Of a DNA stretch of 50,811 nucleotides, positions 9,972 to 19,563 are shown one piece after another. The notes beneath the pieces are model-generated. The model did no database searches. It saw nothing but the letters and a program-made list of their open reading frames with translations, and was not told where the DNA came from. How positions within the stretch are numbered: the first letter of the stretch is position 1; the number at the start of each line of letters is the position of its first letter. The stretch spans positions 1-50,811 of the forward strand of contig JAAOYA010000001.1 in NCBI GenBank assembly GCA_018221105.1, read 5' to 3'. This DNA comes from Candidatus Woesearchaeota archaeon (lineage in GTDB: Archaea; Nanobdellota; Nanobdellia; Woesearchaeales; JAAOYA01). Made by a program: the position numbers and the translations under genes.

Positions 9972-10883
9972 ATGCAAAAACTAAAAACAGAACACATTGC
10001 AGGAGCAATCATGGGCCTTTTAATGATAGGTGGAGCCATAATCTTTTTTCGTGGCAAACCATACTTTATGCCATTAATCTTTTTAGGAGTTTTGCTTGCA
10101 GTATTTCAATTCTTGTGGGACATGTACTTAGAAAACCAACGACAAAAAGAAATTGAAGAAAAATTTCCAGAATTCGTGCGCAACCTAACAGGAGCCATAA
10201 AAAGTGGCATGCCAGCACCAAAAGCAATACTGCACGTCGCACACACTGATTACGGAGCATTATCACCACACGTCAGAAAACTAGCCAATCAAGTAGAATG
10301 GTCAATACCACTGCACAAAGCACTACTAACTTTTTCTACAGAGACAGCTAACAAAGTGATAAATCGTGCAATAAGCACAGTGATAGAAGCAGAACTATCA
10401 GGTGGCAACATGGAAGACGTTTTAGGAAGCGTCACAAAAAGCGTTATTGAAATCAAAAAAATAAAACAAAAACGTAAAGCAACAGTTTTTGCTCAAATAA
10501 TACAGTCATACATCATATTCTTTGTGTTCTTAGGCATTATGATAGTGATTCAAAACATGCTAATACCCTACGTCACAAGTGTTAGCTCTGGAGCGCTTAG
10601 TGGTTTGACTGCTGCAAACGTACAATTCGCGCCAACAGGCGACACCACACTCTTAAACGAAGTCACTATTCAATTTTATTCTTTTAACGCATTTTATAAT
10701 AGTTTCAAACTATGGCTTATAAGTTTTCAAGGAGTACTACTAATGCTGGCATTATTGCAAGGACTCTTTGCAGGAGTAATACTTGGAAAACTCTCAGAGG
10801 GAGACCTCAAAAGCGGCCTAAAACACTCATTTGTACTAATGACAGTAGCTTTTATGGTAATCACTTTCAGCCAAGGATTCTAA
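9972..10883 (+). CDS. Type II secretion system F / TadC-like protein
   Basis: IEEKFPEFVRNL...SGM, DYGALS, GGNMEDVL and C-terminal GKLSEG...GLKHS motifs. Confidence 0.92.
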   Translation: MQKLKTEHIAGAIMGLLMIGGAIIFFRGKPYFMPLIFLGVLLAVFQFLWDMYLENQRQKEIEEKFPEFVRNLTGAIKSGMPAPKAILHVAHTDYGALSPHVRKLANQVEWSIPLHKALLTFSTETANKVINRAISTVIEAELSGGNMEDVLGSVTKSVIEIKKIKQKRKATVFAQIIQSYIIFFVFLGIMIVIQNMLIPYVTSVSSGALSGLTAANVQFAPTGDTTLLNEVTIQFYSFNAFYNSFKLWLISFQGVLLMLALLQGLFAGVILGKLSEGDLKSGLKHSFVLMTVAFMVITFSQGF

Positions 10884-11278
10884 GACATACTATCAAGTTT
10901 TAGTAAAACCTGCTCAAAACTCTTTTTAACATTATTTTTTTGTTGTTGTGCAACCATAGCCTCAACAGCTTTTCTATTTACAAGTTTAATAGGCAAACCT
11001 CTTAACAAATGCTCACTAAAAGAAGTTCCAACATCAAAATAGCTTCCCCTACTTTTAGAATTCCAAAAAACATGAACTTGATCAGCATTTTTTACAGCAT
11101 TACAACTATCAACAAGAATTTGATAACCTCCGGAAGGATCTGATTGTTCTGTATCGCGATGAGGATAGTAAACCTTATAACCTTTAGCTTCTAAACTTTT
11201 AACGTAAGAATCAAGAAATTCTTTTTCTTCTTTAGTAACATTATTAACTGGGCACGCCAAAAAAACTTTTTTATTCAT
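10880..11278 (-). CDS. Nucleoside 2-deoxyribosyltransferase-like protein
   Basis: VFLACP, VYYPHRD, AVKNAD.V, SRGSYFDVG resemble the NDT fold (the usual catalytic Glu appears as Asp). Confidence 0.7.
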   Translation of the reverse strand: MNKKVFLACPVNNVTKEEKEFLDSYVKSLEAKGYKVYYPHRDTEQSDPSGGYQILVDSCNAVKNADQVHVFWNSKSRGSYFDVGTSFSEHLLRGLPIKLVNRKAVEAMVAQQQKNNVKKSFEQVLLKLDSMS

Positions 11279-11350
11279 AAAAAACAACATTTATCTCTTA
11301 TTTAAAAAAATTACTAAAACCTTTATAAAAAAACAATAAAACACAACATT

Positions 11351-12115
11351 ATGGAATTAACACTACGCTATGACAAAACAGTCGAAGAAAACGCTGCAGC
11401 ATACTATGATAAAGCAAAAAAAGCAAAGAAAAAATTAGACGGCGCTCGTAAAGCATTAGAAGCACAACAAAAAAAAGTTTTAAAACTAGAAAAAGATGCT
11501 CCTTTGCAAGAAGAGATTGTCATAAAAGCTCCAGTTAAACGTGAATGGTTTGAAAAATATCATTGGTGTTACTCATCAGACAATGTTTTAATTGTTGCTG
11601 GCCGTGACGCTACAACTAATGAAATAATCATTAAGAAAAATACTGAAAAAACTGACGTTGTATTGCACACTGACATGGCGGGAAGTCCATTTGCCGTCAT
11701 CAAGACAGATGGCAAAAAGTCAAGCGAACTGACTTTACTTGAAGCTGCTCAATTAGTCGCTATTTTTAGTAAGGCTTTCAAGCGTGGCATGGGAAGTATT
11801 GAAGTTTTCTGGGTCAACCCGGAGCAGGTTACTAAGGATGCTAATCCTGGAGAATTCTTGCCAAAAGGCGCTTTTATGATACGAGGCAAAACAAACTACC
11901 TATCGCCAACAATGAGCTACGCCATTGGAAATTATGGTGGCAGGGCTATGGGTGGACCGCTAACGGCTATTAAAAAGCATTGCAAAGAATACATTGAACT
12001 AGTGCAAGGGGATCAAAAAATTAGTGACATTGCAAAGCAGGTAGCAAAAAAAATCAGTATCAGTGATGTTGACGAAGTAATGAGAACAGTGCCGCAGGGT
12101 AGCAAAATCAAATAA
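11351..12115 (+). CDS. NFACT RNA-binding (Rqc2/NEMF-like, DUF814) domain protein
   Basis: ENAAAYYDKAKKAKKK, WFEKYHW, GRDATTNE, LHTDMAGSP, GEFLPKGAFMIRGK. Confidence 0.9.
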   Translation: MELTLRYDKTVEENAAAYYDKAKKAKKKLDGARKALEAQQKKVLKLEKDAPLQEEIVIKAPVKREWFEKYHWCYSSDNVLIVAGRDATTNEIIIKKNTEKTDVVLHTDMAGSPFAVIKTDGKKSSELTLLEAAQLVAIFSKAFKRGMGSIEVFWVNPEQVTKDANPGEFLPKGAFMIRGKTNYLSPTMSYAIGNYGGRAMGGPLTAIKKHCKEYIELVQGDQKISDIAKQVAKKISISDVDEVMRTVPQGSKIK

Positions 12116-12177
12116 CGACTAGTTAGTAGTAATAAAAGAAACTTTTTTAAATAACTTTTTTTTATTAAGCAACTAAA

Positions 12178-12903
12178 ATGGTGTTAGAACAATTAAATTC
12201 AGAAGAAGTTATAGAAGTTCTTGATGAAACACTGGCAGGTTTTGAAGTATTAACAGAGGATAACTTAATATTTGCAGATCTTCAAAATATAGAGCCTTTT
12301 AAACAAATACCTGGCAAACCTTACACTGCAAGAATGAGCATTCCAGCAACTTATCACGGTCATGATGCTGGAGAACTAGTTGTTGTAGCATTCAGGCCAG
12401 GTGATGGAACAGGAGATGATAGTGTTTTTAGGCCAGGACAACTAATTATTCCCAAGCATTACCGCCATAAAGAAAATCCTCAAAGAGTTTTTCCAAGAAA
12501 AAAAGGTGGTTTGCGTGCAGAGCTATTTTTTCCATTATTTTCTCTTTACCCTAACGGAGCACCTTTTTTAGGAGGTGTATCACTAGAAGAATTAGTGGTT
12601 GACGATCCACAAAATCCTATGAGCTTAGTTAAAGGATGGGATTTAGGACTACCTAGCGAAAATTATGCTGATTCAGTATTAGGACACGTTTTAATAGATA
12701 GCATGCCAGACATTGAACTAACAACAGGTCACGTTGACCATAGTCCTGTAGGGGGACGCTTTGGCGATCCACACGCTATTTATTTTGGCGCACCTGTTGA
12801 GATGACACAAGTTGCAGGGTTTTTGGCAATACCAGAAAATAGACCAGACCTTTATGATCTGAAACTTCATGCAAAAATGCCAGAACAACTAAAAGAAAAA
12901 TAA
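12178..12903 (+). CDS. Hypothetical protein
   Basis: 241 aa ORF with upstream TTTTAAATA box; no family recognised. Confidence 0.7.
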   Translation: MVLEQLNSEEVIEVLDETLAGFEVLTEDNLIFADLQNIEPFKQIPGKPYTARMSIPATYHGHDAGELVVVAFRPGDGTGDDSVFRPGQLIIPKHYRHKENPQRVFPRKKGGLRAELFFPLFSLYPNGAPFLGGVSLEELVVDDPQNPMSLVKGWDLGLPSENYADSVLGHVLIDSMPDIELTTGHVDHSPVGGRFGDPHAIYFGAPVEMTQVAGFLAIPENRPDLYDLKLHAKMPEQLKEK

Positions 12904-12904
12904 A

Positions 12905-13279
12905 ATGACAAGACAAGAACAATTAGAAAAAGAACATATGGGTAGGTGCACTATGTTAGTTCAGGAGTCTTTAATGTTTCGAACTCCTCCACGAGGAACA
13001 ACTCATGCTTACGTTGTATCTAATACTCGATTTAATAGAGTTTCTTTAGGAGTTACTACTGCAGTGAACATTGATGCTCAAGGAAAAGAAATACCTGGTG
13101 ATGATCTAGAGGCTTTTATTGAAGAAAAACTAACAGAGCCAGAATGTGCAGGGGTAGTTCCAATAACACAAGAAGGAATTGATTTATTAAAAAATAAATT
13201 CAAGCTTGAACAACCTATAACTATAGGGGTTGGTGTAGGCGGAAATTATCGAGCAGCATTATTTGGTTATGAAGGCTAA
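12905..13279 (+). CDS. Hypothetical protein
   Basis: Starts 1 bp after the previous stop. Confidence 0.65.
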   Translation: MTRQEQLEKEHMGRCTMLVQESLMFRTPPRGTTHAYVVSNTRFNRVSLGVTTAVNIDAQGKEIPGDDLEAFIEEKLTEPECAGVVPITQEGIDLLKNKFKLEQPITIGVGVGGNYRAALFGYEG

Positions 13280-13518
13280 TTTTTGCCCCAGCGCCATTTG
13301 AAACCGCCTTCTGTTTTATAGGCTACGAAAAAGATAAAAACTGTTAACATGAAAACAAATTCTATTAAATAACTGCTAGCGTTATTGTCGCGTGCTAGAA
13401 TAGTGCCTCGCCACAAAATAAGTCCTATAAAAGCAAAAGTTGTTGCCCAGCCCTGCCAAGTAATGGGAGTGGCTCCCAACCCATAAGTTTTTTGTTTAAA
13501 CCAAGGCTTGTCTTTCAT
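13276..13518 (-). CDS. Small membrane protein
   Basis: WF....YG.G.TP.TWQGW motif, two TM segments, WRWG tail; overlaps the upstream gene by 4 bp. Confidence 0.75.
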   Translation of the reverse strand: MKDKPWFKQKTYGLGATPITWQGWATTFAFIGLILWRGTILARDNNASSYLIEFVFMLTVFIFFVAYKTEGGFKWRWGKN

Positions 13519-14333
13519 TTTCTTATTAAATAGATTATTTCATCACCAATTTTTATTGTTTTGTATTTGATGTTTAGCCTGCCAAGCATTAATTGCAAGT
13601 AACGCCTGTAAGGTAAGTTCATAGCTTTGTTTTTGATTGTTTTCGTGCTAAAAGTTGCGACAAACCATTTATAATTAAGATTTGTGATTAATCTCTCAAC
13701 TTGTTTTTTATCAATCATATCCAATACTTTAAACGCGAATACCACATTATATTTTTTAGTGTTGGAGTATTTGTTAAGGTCTGCTTTTAATGCAACACCT
13801 TTGATTTTTGCTATTTTAAAATACTCGTTTAATAATAAAACATCAGCTTTGTTAATCTCAACCGCTGTGTAATTGACGTTATCCAAAAACATCCATTGAT
13901 ATGTTAAAGGGTTTAAACCGCAGCCTAAGTCTAGTATTGTTTTTGGGTCTTTGGTGACTGAAAATATTATTTCGTAAAACTTGTTAAGATTTGGTATTCT
14001 TTCAAGAGTGCTCTTGTGAGTTTTTAATAATTCAATCAATATTTTTTCGTTTGAGGGAGTCTTTTTTAATTGTTCGAAAAGTTTTTGGCGATTAGGTTCT
14101 AAATTAAAGATTCCGTAGGTTTTGTTAAAGTAATCGCGCAATGTTTTGACTGTTTTCTTGTAAATCTTATTTTTTTTATTGATTGTTTCAAGTGCTAATA
14201 ATTTTTTCAAATCACCACTGTTTTTTTTGAAGTGTTCAACGAGTTTTTCTTCAATTATATTATTATCAATTGATTGTAATGTTTTTTTTTCTTTAATAGA
14301 ATTAATGATTTCTTTAAATATTTTTTTTTGCAT
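13515..14333 (-). CDS. SAM-dependent methyltransferase, FmrO/Rmt/ArmA (16S rRNA m7G1405) family-like
   Basis: HKSTLERI and ILDLGCGLNPL match the H.ST.ER and D.GCG.NP motifs of Sgm/ArmA/RmtB. Confidence 0.8.
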   Translation of the reverse strand: MQKKIFKEIINSIKEKKTLQSIDNNIIEEKLVEHFKKNSGDLKKLLALETINKKNKIYKKTVKTLRDYFNKTYGIFNLEPNRQKLFEQLKKTPSNEKILIELLKTHKSTLERIPNLNKFYEIIFSVTKDPKTILDLGCGLNPLTYQWMFLDNVNYTAVEINKADVLLLNEYFKIAKIKGVALKADLNKYSNTKKYNVVFAFKVLDMIDKKQVERLITNLNYKWFVATFSTKTIKNKAMNLPYRRYLQLMLGRLNIKYKTIKIGDEIIYLIRK

Positions 14334-14334
14334 T

Positions 14335-15066
14335 TTAGAATAGTTGATTTAGTATTTCTGTAGTGTATAGGATGATTGCGTGTGCTTGGTTTTGTGTTGG
14401 CATGAAAGGCTCTTTTTTCTTGTGAACGCTGAAGATTCTTACTTGATTGATTAAATGTATTTGTTGTGTTATTGCAGGGTCGAAACTCACGTTTTTTTCT
14501 TTTAGTCTGGCTATTAGATTTCCTAGTCCTATTCCAGGGCTTTTTTCTAGTATGTCTACATTTGTTATGTCGTAGTACTTGCGATGCAGTGCTGTCTCAA
14601 TTATTCGACCGCAAAGTATTACTGCGCTGCGATAAAGTCCTCCATCAAAACAGTTTTGTAGTTCTGTCATGTCAGCTTGTACTTCGTTTTTGATGTCTGC
14701 TGGAATTTTTTGCGGTATTGAAAAATTAATAATTGTTTTTTTTTCAGTAGTCTCACTTTTTAGCTCTGACGCGACTTCTGCTATTTCTTCTAAGGCTTGT
14801 GTTATGGTGTTCTTTGCAGTTTTGTCAATCAATGTTAGTAGTTCTAATACTTTTTTGCGTTGTTTTATGCTTGCGCTTGCTGCAATATTCCATGCTGCAT
14901 TGTCAAGTTGCACTAACGCGCTTTTTAATCGTTGTGTGTTATAGTTTGCACTAGTGCCTATTTTTAGTTTGTAGCCTTTTGGCTCTTTGGCTTGCTCTGC
15001 TAGTATTTTTGATAAATTGTTAATTTCACGTTTTAGCATTTCATAACTCATTTTTTTAGTACCCAA
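14335..15066 (-). CDS. DUF4145/HEPN-like C-terminal domain protein
   Basis: YRSAVILCGRIIE...LGNLI...RIFSVH (Rx4H). Confidence 0.7.
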   Translation of the reverse strand: MGTKKMSYEMLKREINNLSKILAEQAKEPKGYKLKIGTSANYNTQRLKSALVQLDNAAWNIAASASIKQRKKVLELLTLIDKTAKNTITQALEEIAEVASELKSETTEKKTIINFSIPQKIPADIKNEVQADMTELQNCFDGGLYRSAVILCGRIIETALHRKYYDITNVDILEKSPGIGLGNLIARLKEKNVSFDPAITQQIHLINQVRIFSVHKKKEPFMPTQNQAHAIILYTTEILNQLF

Positions 15067-17338
15067 ATAGTGTTTTTTGCGTTCCTTTTTTTAATAATTC
15101 TTCAAAACTAGTGTTATAGAACACTAGCACTCCGTCAGCTAATGGCTTGATTTGTTTTTCTATGTAGTGCTCGTAATCAATAGTGCTTTTTAATTCTGAT
15201 TCTGGCTCTGGACCATTTACTGTTATGTAATAGCGTATGATGTTAGAATCTAATTTTTTAAGTTTGCGTGCTGCTTTGACATGCGGCGGTGTTGTTTTAG
15301 TGTAATCATCAGGGTGTTTTCGCAGTGCTTTAGTGTAGATTAGTTCTTTGTCAAACTTTGACGCTCTTACGTTCTCAACATATTTTTTTACAAAAGTTGT
15401 GACTTCTTCTTTATGAAAAATTTTATCTAATAGTTCTAATTGAAAGTTTTTGGCCAGTTCTGTCCAATCACGGCGCACAAACTCTAAGCCTGTAAAATCA
15501 AGTTTTTCCTTACCATTTTTTACTAGTAAGCCTGCATAACGCTTTTTCGCTCCTTCTTCACTATGACGCAGTTTTGGCATTAAGAATCGCTTGTATAATT
15601 TTTCAAATTCTATTTCAATAAAGCTTTTTCTCTTATAGTCTTTTTTTATTAACTTGCTAAAATAATTGTTAAGTTCTAATTCTAATTTCTTGCCTAAAGC
15701 TTGTCCTTCTTTTTCATTTTTTATGTTAGTATTAATGAACACGCTGTCAGTATCGCCATAAATTACTTCAAAGCCTTTATCTTCTAATACTTTCGCACTA
15801 GTTTTGAGTGTTTCTCTGGCAAAGCTTGTTATTGCATTGGCCATTTCCATACTAAAAAACCTGAATGTCGGGTTTGCTATGACGCCCCAGAAGCTCAATA
15901 GTGTTGTTTTAATGGCGAAATCTGCTGTTTTATCACCTGTTTTTTTAACTTTTTCACGTTCTTTCCACATATAATCAATAAGTGCTGGTAGTATTCCTTC
16001 TTCTTCGCTAAATCGCGCTCCGTTTGGAGCTTCTATTGTGCCATCTTTTTTGAATGTTAATGGATCAATATTGTATGTTTTAATAACTGACGGGTACAAA
16101 CTCTTAAAATCCAGCACTAGCACCCAATCATAGATTCCTGGCTTGGAAGTCATCACATAACCGCCTTTTATTGGCTCTTCTTTGATGTTGTGAGCAATTG
16201 ATGGGCACACAAGGCCTCTTTTGCGCGCTTCTCGCAGGTATAAACTATCAAATGATGCAATGCTTGCTTTAACCCGTTCCATTGTCATACCAGTAATTAG
16301 CGAGCGTGAGAGTGTTAATGCTAAAACATTGCTTTTTTCTAGTATGTCAAGTACTAGTTTGGCGTCTTGCAGGTTGTAATCGATTAGTTTTTGTGGTTGT
16401 TTCTCATAATATTCTTGTATTGTAATGTGTCTGTTTGGGCCTGTTATTAGTTTACCTTGGTCTAAATAGGTCTTGGCTGCTGTTTCTAGTTTGTAATCTG
16501 TTAATCGCACAAAATTTGCGCGAAATAATTGTATGCCATCAAGAACTAATCGTCCTTCAATAGTTGCTGAAGAATCTTTTAGAAATCCTTCGGTTATTGT
16601 GATGCGTGATTGTGCTAGCGTGCGACCTAGCTTGAATATTAGCTTGTTTTTTTCAAAACGTTTTTTTAATATTTGCAAATCAAAATCTATAAAGTTCCAA
16701 CCAGTTACGATGTCAGGGTCTAACTCGATAATTTTTTGCTCGAAAGCTTGAAGTAACGCTTTTTCATCCTGATAACATTCTGCGTTTTTATAGCGACCAC
16801 TCTTTTTTAGCAAAACTTTTTTGTAATCATCAGCGTAAATTGCTATAGAATAAAGTTCTGTGGCATTGGGGGATGTTTCAATATCTATTGAAACAACTTT
16901 TAGTTTAATATCGAATGGTGTTGCTGGCAATATTCTTGGATTGTTGTATACTCTGTCAACAAAATCTCCTTTTTTGTAATCACCATCAACTTCTATGACT
17001 CCTTTGATGTCCTTGTCTATTAGATAGCGTTGTGCGAATCGAATATCAGCTTCATACGCTTGTATTCCAACATCTTCAAATTCTCGACGCATTGGCGGCA
17101 CATCACTTGGTAGTGTAGCCCAAACTTTAACAACAGGCTCGCCATCAAAAGTTTTCAAAGTTGTTTTTTCTGCTTGCGCCTTGACTTTTTTTGCATGTTC
17201 TTCTTTTATGAAAAAATATGGTTTAGAACTATTATCAATAACTTCGAATGATTCACCATTCTCTAATCTTCCAAATAAGTGTATTACTGGCCTATTATTT
17301 TCTAGTTTGTAGGTTGGGTAGACAATGTAGCCTCTCAT
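15056..17338 (-). CDS. polB: Family B DNA polymerase with 3'-5' exonuclease
   Basis: ExoI DIET, ExoII GWN...FD, motif A DFKSLYPS, motif C YGDTDS, KKRYAG, GLEFVRRDW. Confidence 0.96.
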   Translation of the reverse strand: MRGYIVYPTYKLENNRPVIHLFGRLENGESFEVIDNSSKPYFFIKEEHAKKVKAQAEKTTLKTFDGEPVVKVWATLPSDVPPMRREFEDVGIQAYEADIRFAQRYLIDKDIKGVIEVDGDYKKGDFVDRVYNNPRILPATPFDIKLKVVSIDIETSPNATELYSIAIYADDYKKVLLKKSGRYKNAECYQDEKALLQAFEQKIIELDPDIVTGWNFIDFDLQILKKRFEKNKLIFKLGRTLAQSRITITEGFLKDSSATIEGRLVLDGIQLFRANFVRLTDYKLETAAKTYLDQGKLITGPNRHITIQEYYEKQPQKLIDYNLQDAKLVLDILEKSNVLALTLSRSLITGMTMERVKASIASFDSLYLREARKRGLVCPSIAHNIKEEPIKGGYVMTSKPGIYDWVLVLDFKSLYPSVIKTYNIDPLTFKKDGTIEAPNGARFSEEEGILPALIDYMWKEREKVKKTGDKTADFAIKTTLLSFWGVIANPTFRFFSMEMANAITSFARETLKTSAKVLEDKGFEVIYGDTDSVFINTNIKNEKEGQALGKKLELELNNYFSKLIKKDYKRKSFIEIEFEKLYKRFLMPKLRHSEEGAKKRYAGLLVKNGKEKLDFTGLEFVRRDWTELAKNFQLELLDKIFHKEEVTTFVKKYVENVRASKFDKELIYTKALRKHPDDYTKTTPPHVKAARKLKKLDSNIIRYYITVNGPEPESELKSTIDYEHYIEKQIKPLADGVLVFYNTSFEELLKKGTQKTLFGY

Positions 17339-17434
17339 AAAAAAAACAGTATTATTGGATTATTTAAAGCTTGCCCGCGTGTGTCCAGTCAAAGCTAGCA
17401 AAAACTTTATAATAATCAATACTACAAAGCTAGT

Positions 17435-18187
17435 ATGTTCGTGCACACTATTGACCCTGTAGCTTTCAGTATTGGACCATTGCAAGTTTACTGGTATGGT
17501 ATTATTTGGGCTTTGAGTTTTCTAATAACATACTTTTTTTTCAAAACACTTGCGAAAAACAAAAAACTCGAAATAACTATTGATGATATTGACAGTTTTT
17601 TCTTATGGTTAATACTTGGAATTGTTTTAGGAGCAAGACTAATTTACGTGTTAGTGTACAATCCAATTTTTTATTTTAATAATCCTTTGCAAGTGTTTGC
17701 TGTCTATAATGGAGGTTTATCATTTCATGGCGGAATGTTAGGAGCTGTTTTTGTTGGCTGGAAATTTAGCAAAAAGCACAAACTAAAATTTTACCAACTA
17801 GCAGACCTGCTAGTGATACCTTTAGCTTTAGTTTTAGGTCTTGGAAGAATTGGAAATTTTATTAATGGAGAACTTTACGGCATCATAACTAGTGTTCCAT
17901 GGGCTTTTAAGTTTAGTGGAGTTGATGGTTTTAGGCATCCGTCACAACTCTATGAAAGTGCTAAAAACTTTTTGATATTTGGCGTTTTATACTCACTAAA
18001 AGACAAAAAATTCAAAGATGGTACTCTATTTTGGCTTTTTATCATGATGTATGGGTTGTTGCGCTTTAGCATAGAATTTTTTAGGGTTCCAGACTACTTG
18101 TTTTTAGGTTTTAGTCCTGGCCAATGGCTCTCTGCAGCAATGTTTATAGCTGCAATAACATATTTTATTAAAAACAATAAAAAGTAG
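17435..18187 (+). CDS. lgt: Prolipoprotein diacylglyceryl transferase
   Basis: IDPVAFSIGPL.VYWYG, GARL.YV, GGLSFHGG, GRIGNFINGELYG, RHPSQLYE, RF.IEFFR. Confidence 0.96.
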   Translation: MFVHTIDPVAFSIGPLQVYWYGIIWALSFLITYFFFKTLAKNKKLEITIDDIDSFFLWLILGIVLGARLIYVLVYNPIFYFNNPLQVFAVYNGGLSFHGGMLGAVFVGWKFSKKHKLKFYQLADLLVIPLALVLGLGRIGNFINGELYGIITSVPWAFKFSGVDGFRHPSQLYESAKNFLIFGVLYSLKDKKFKDGTLFWLFIMMYGLLRFSIEFFRVPDYLFLGFSPGQWLSAAMFIAAITYFIKNNKK

Positions 18188-18194
18188 TGATAAA

Positions 18195-18419
18195 ATGAAA
18201 AAAGCTCAAATGACATTGATACTGTTGATTTTTCTCACCCTAATATTTATTTTCACAATGATTGCGCTTACAAACACAGAACTGCAAGAGCAAAAAGTTA
18301 ATGCTCAAGTAATAAATAATTGCAAAGCATTAAATGATAATTGCACTGAGAGTGCAGAATGTTGCAGCAGTTTTTGTCAAGGAATTTGCAAAACACAACC
18401 CAAAGTTACGATAAGTTAG
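18195..18419 (+). CDS. Small protein with class III-like signal (MKKA/Q) and a six-Cys C-terminal module
   Basis: Hydrophobic N-terminal helix then C-x6-C-x5-CC-x3-C-x3-C. Confidence 0.65.
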   Translation: MKKAQMTLILLIFLTLIFIFTMIALTNTELQEQKVNAQVINNCKALNDNCTESAECCSSFCQGICKTQPKVTIS

Positions 18420-18832
18420 TGTTCGACTTTTTTCTTAACAAACCTTAAAGAACCAAATTCACTGCTTGCTTTACTATATTCAGGGTTGGCTGCCTCAATA
18501 AGACTAAGTAGCCTAGCATAGATTTCTGATCGAAAGCAATCGTCACTGAAAAAAAATGCTAAGCCGGAATCATAAGGTAGGCCTGCAGAACCCTTATCAT
18601 ATTCCGCTTCACTATTAGTTGGAGTAGTATATGTTGGCGCAGGATCTTTATTATCCATTTGCTCTTGCAATCTTGCAATAAGCCCTTTTGTTTCTGGGTG
18701 AACAATCGCGCTTAGAACTATTTGTGCTTCTTCAACAGAAGCTTCTTTGCCTTTCGCAGTTATTTCACCATACTTATCTAGTTGTTTAGTTGTTGCGCTT
18801 TCTCCAAAAACTAATGTTCCTAATGTTGACAT
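18416..18832 (-). CDS. Hypothetical protein
   Basis: 138 aa ORF with an upstream TATA-like box. Confidence 0.6.
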   Translation of the reverse strand: MSTLGTLVFGESATTKQLDKYGEITAKGKEASVEEAQIVLSAIVHPETKGLIARLQEQMDNKDPAPTYTTPTNSEAEYDKGSAGLPYDSGLAFFFSDDCFRSEIYARLLSLIEAANPEYSKASSEFGSLRFVKKKVEH

Positions 18833-18891
18833 CCGAGAATCATAATAGAACTTATTTATAAAATTAACGATTAATTACTACTTATTAGGAG

Positions 18892-19539
18892 TCACGATAA
18901 GTTAGAAAGCATTTCTTTCAGGGTATTATAAGGATCTTTTGCTTTTACTATACTGCTAGCCACTAGAATACCTTGCGCTCCTAGTTTGTGAGCGATTCTG
19001 ACATCATCATGGTTTTTTATTCCCGCGCCAACAAGAACAGCTGAATGAATTTTTTGTGCAGATTTACTAATAAGATCAGGGGTTGCTGTTGAAACACTAA
19101 CGTCACCACCTATCAATTCTGGAGGCTCTACAGCTATATAGTTTGGCTCATACTTTTTTGACAATTTAACACCTTCACGAGTGTTTTTAGCACAAATCAC
19201 CACTTTTAATCCTGTAGCCCTGGCTTCTAAAACACTAGCTTTTAATTCTTTTTTTGATAAACGCCTCTCAGAGTGATTGAGCAGTGTTCCTTTAGCGCCA
19301 GCTGCAATGATGGCGTTTGCACTAACATATCCTGTGTGCGCTCCAGCCCCATACTGGTCAATATGCTGTGAAAATACTGGAATAGAAACCGCTTTTGCAA
19401 CTGTTGCAATGTCTGTTGCTTGCACTGCCACAACAATTGTTTTTTTAAGCTCAATTGACACTCTCTCACAAGCTTTAGCTAGAAGCACTGCTTTTTTACC
19501 AGTGCTCTCGGGATAAGCTTTAAAATTAATAATATACAT
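18892..19539 (-). CDS. tpiA: Triosephosphate isomerase, archaeal type
   Basis: INFKAY, LLNHSERR, AVEPPELIG, VGAGI, GILVAS. Confidence 0.97.
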   Translation of the reverse strand: MYIINFKAYPESTGKKAVLLAKACERVSIELKKTIVVAVQATDIATVAKAVSIPVFSQHIDQYGAGAHTGYVSANAIIAAGAKGTLLNHSERRLSKKELKASVLEARATGLKVVICAKNTREGVKLSKKYEPNYIAVEPPELIGGDVSVSTATPDLISKSAQKIHSAVLVGAGIKNHDDVRIAHKLGAQGILVASSIVKAKDPYNTLKEMLSNLS

Positions 19540-19563
19540 AAAAAAGTTTATTGAATGTGTTGT

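Noticed and set aside
3696..10883. Archaellum (motility) operon
   Set aside because: No FlaH ATPase or FlaF/G recognised; two separate TadC-like genes fit an adhesive pilus better.
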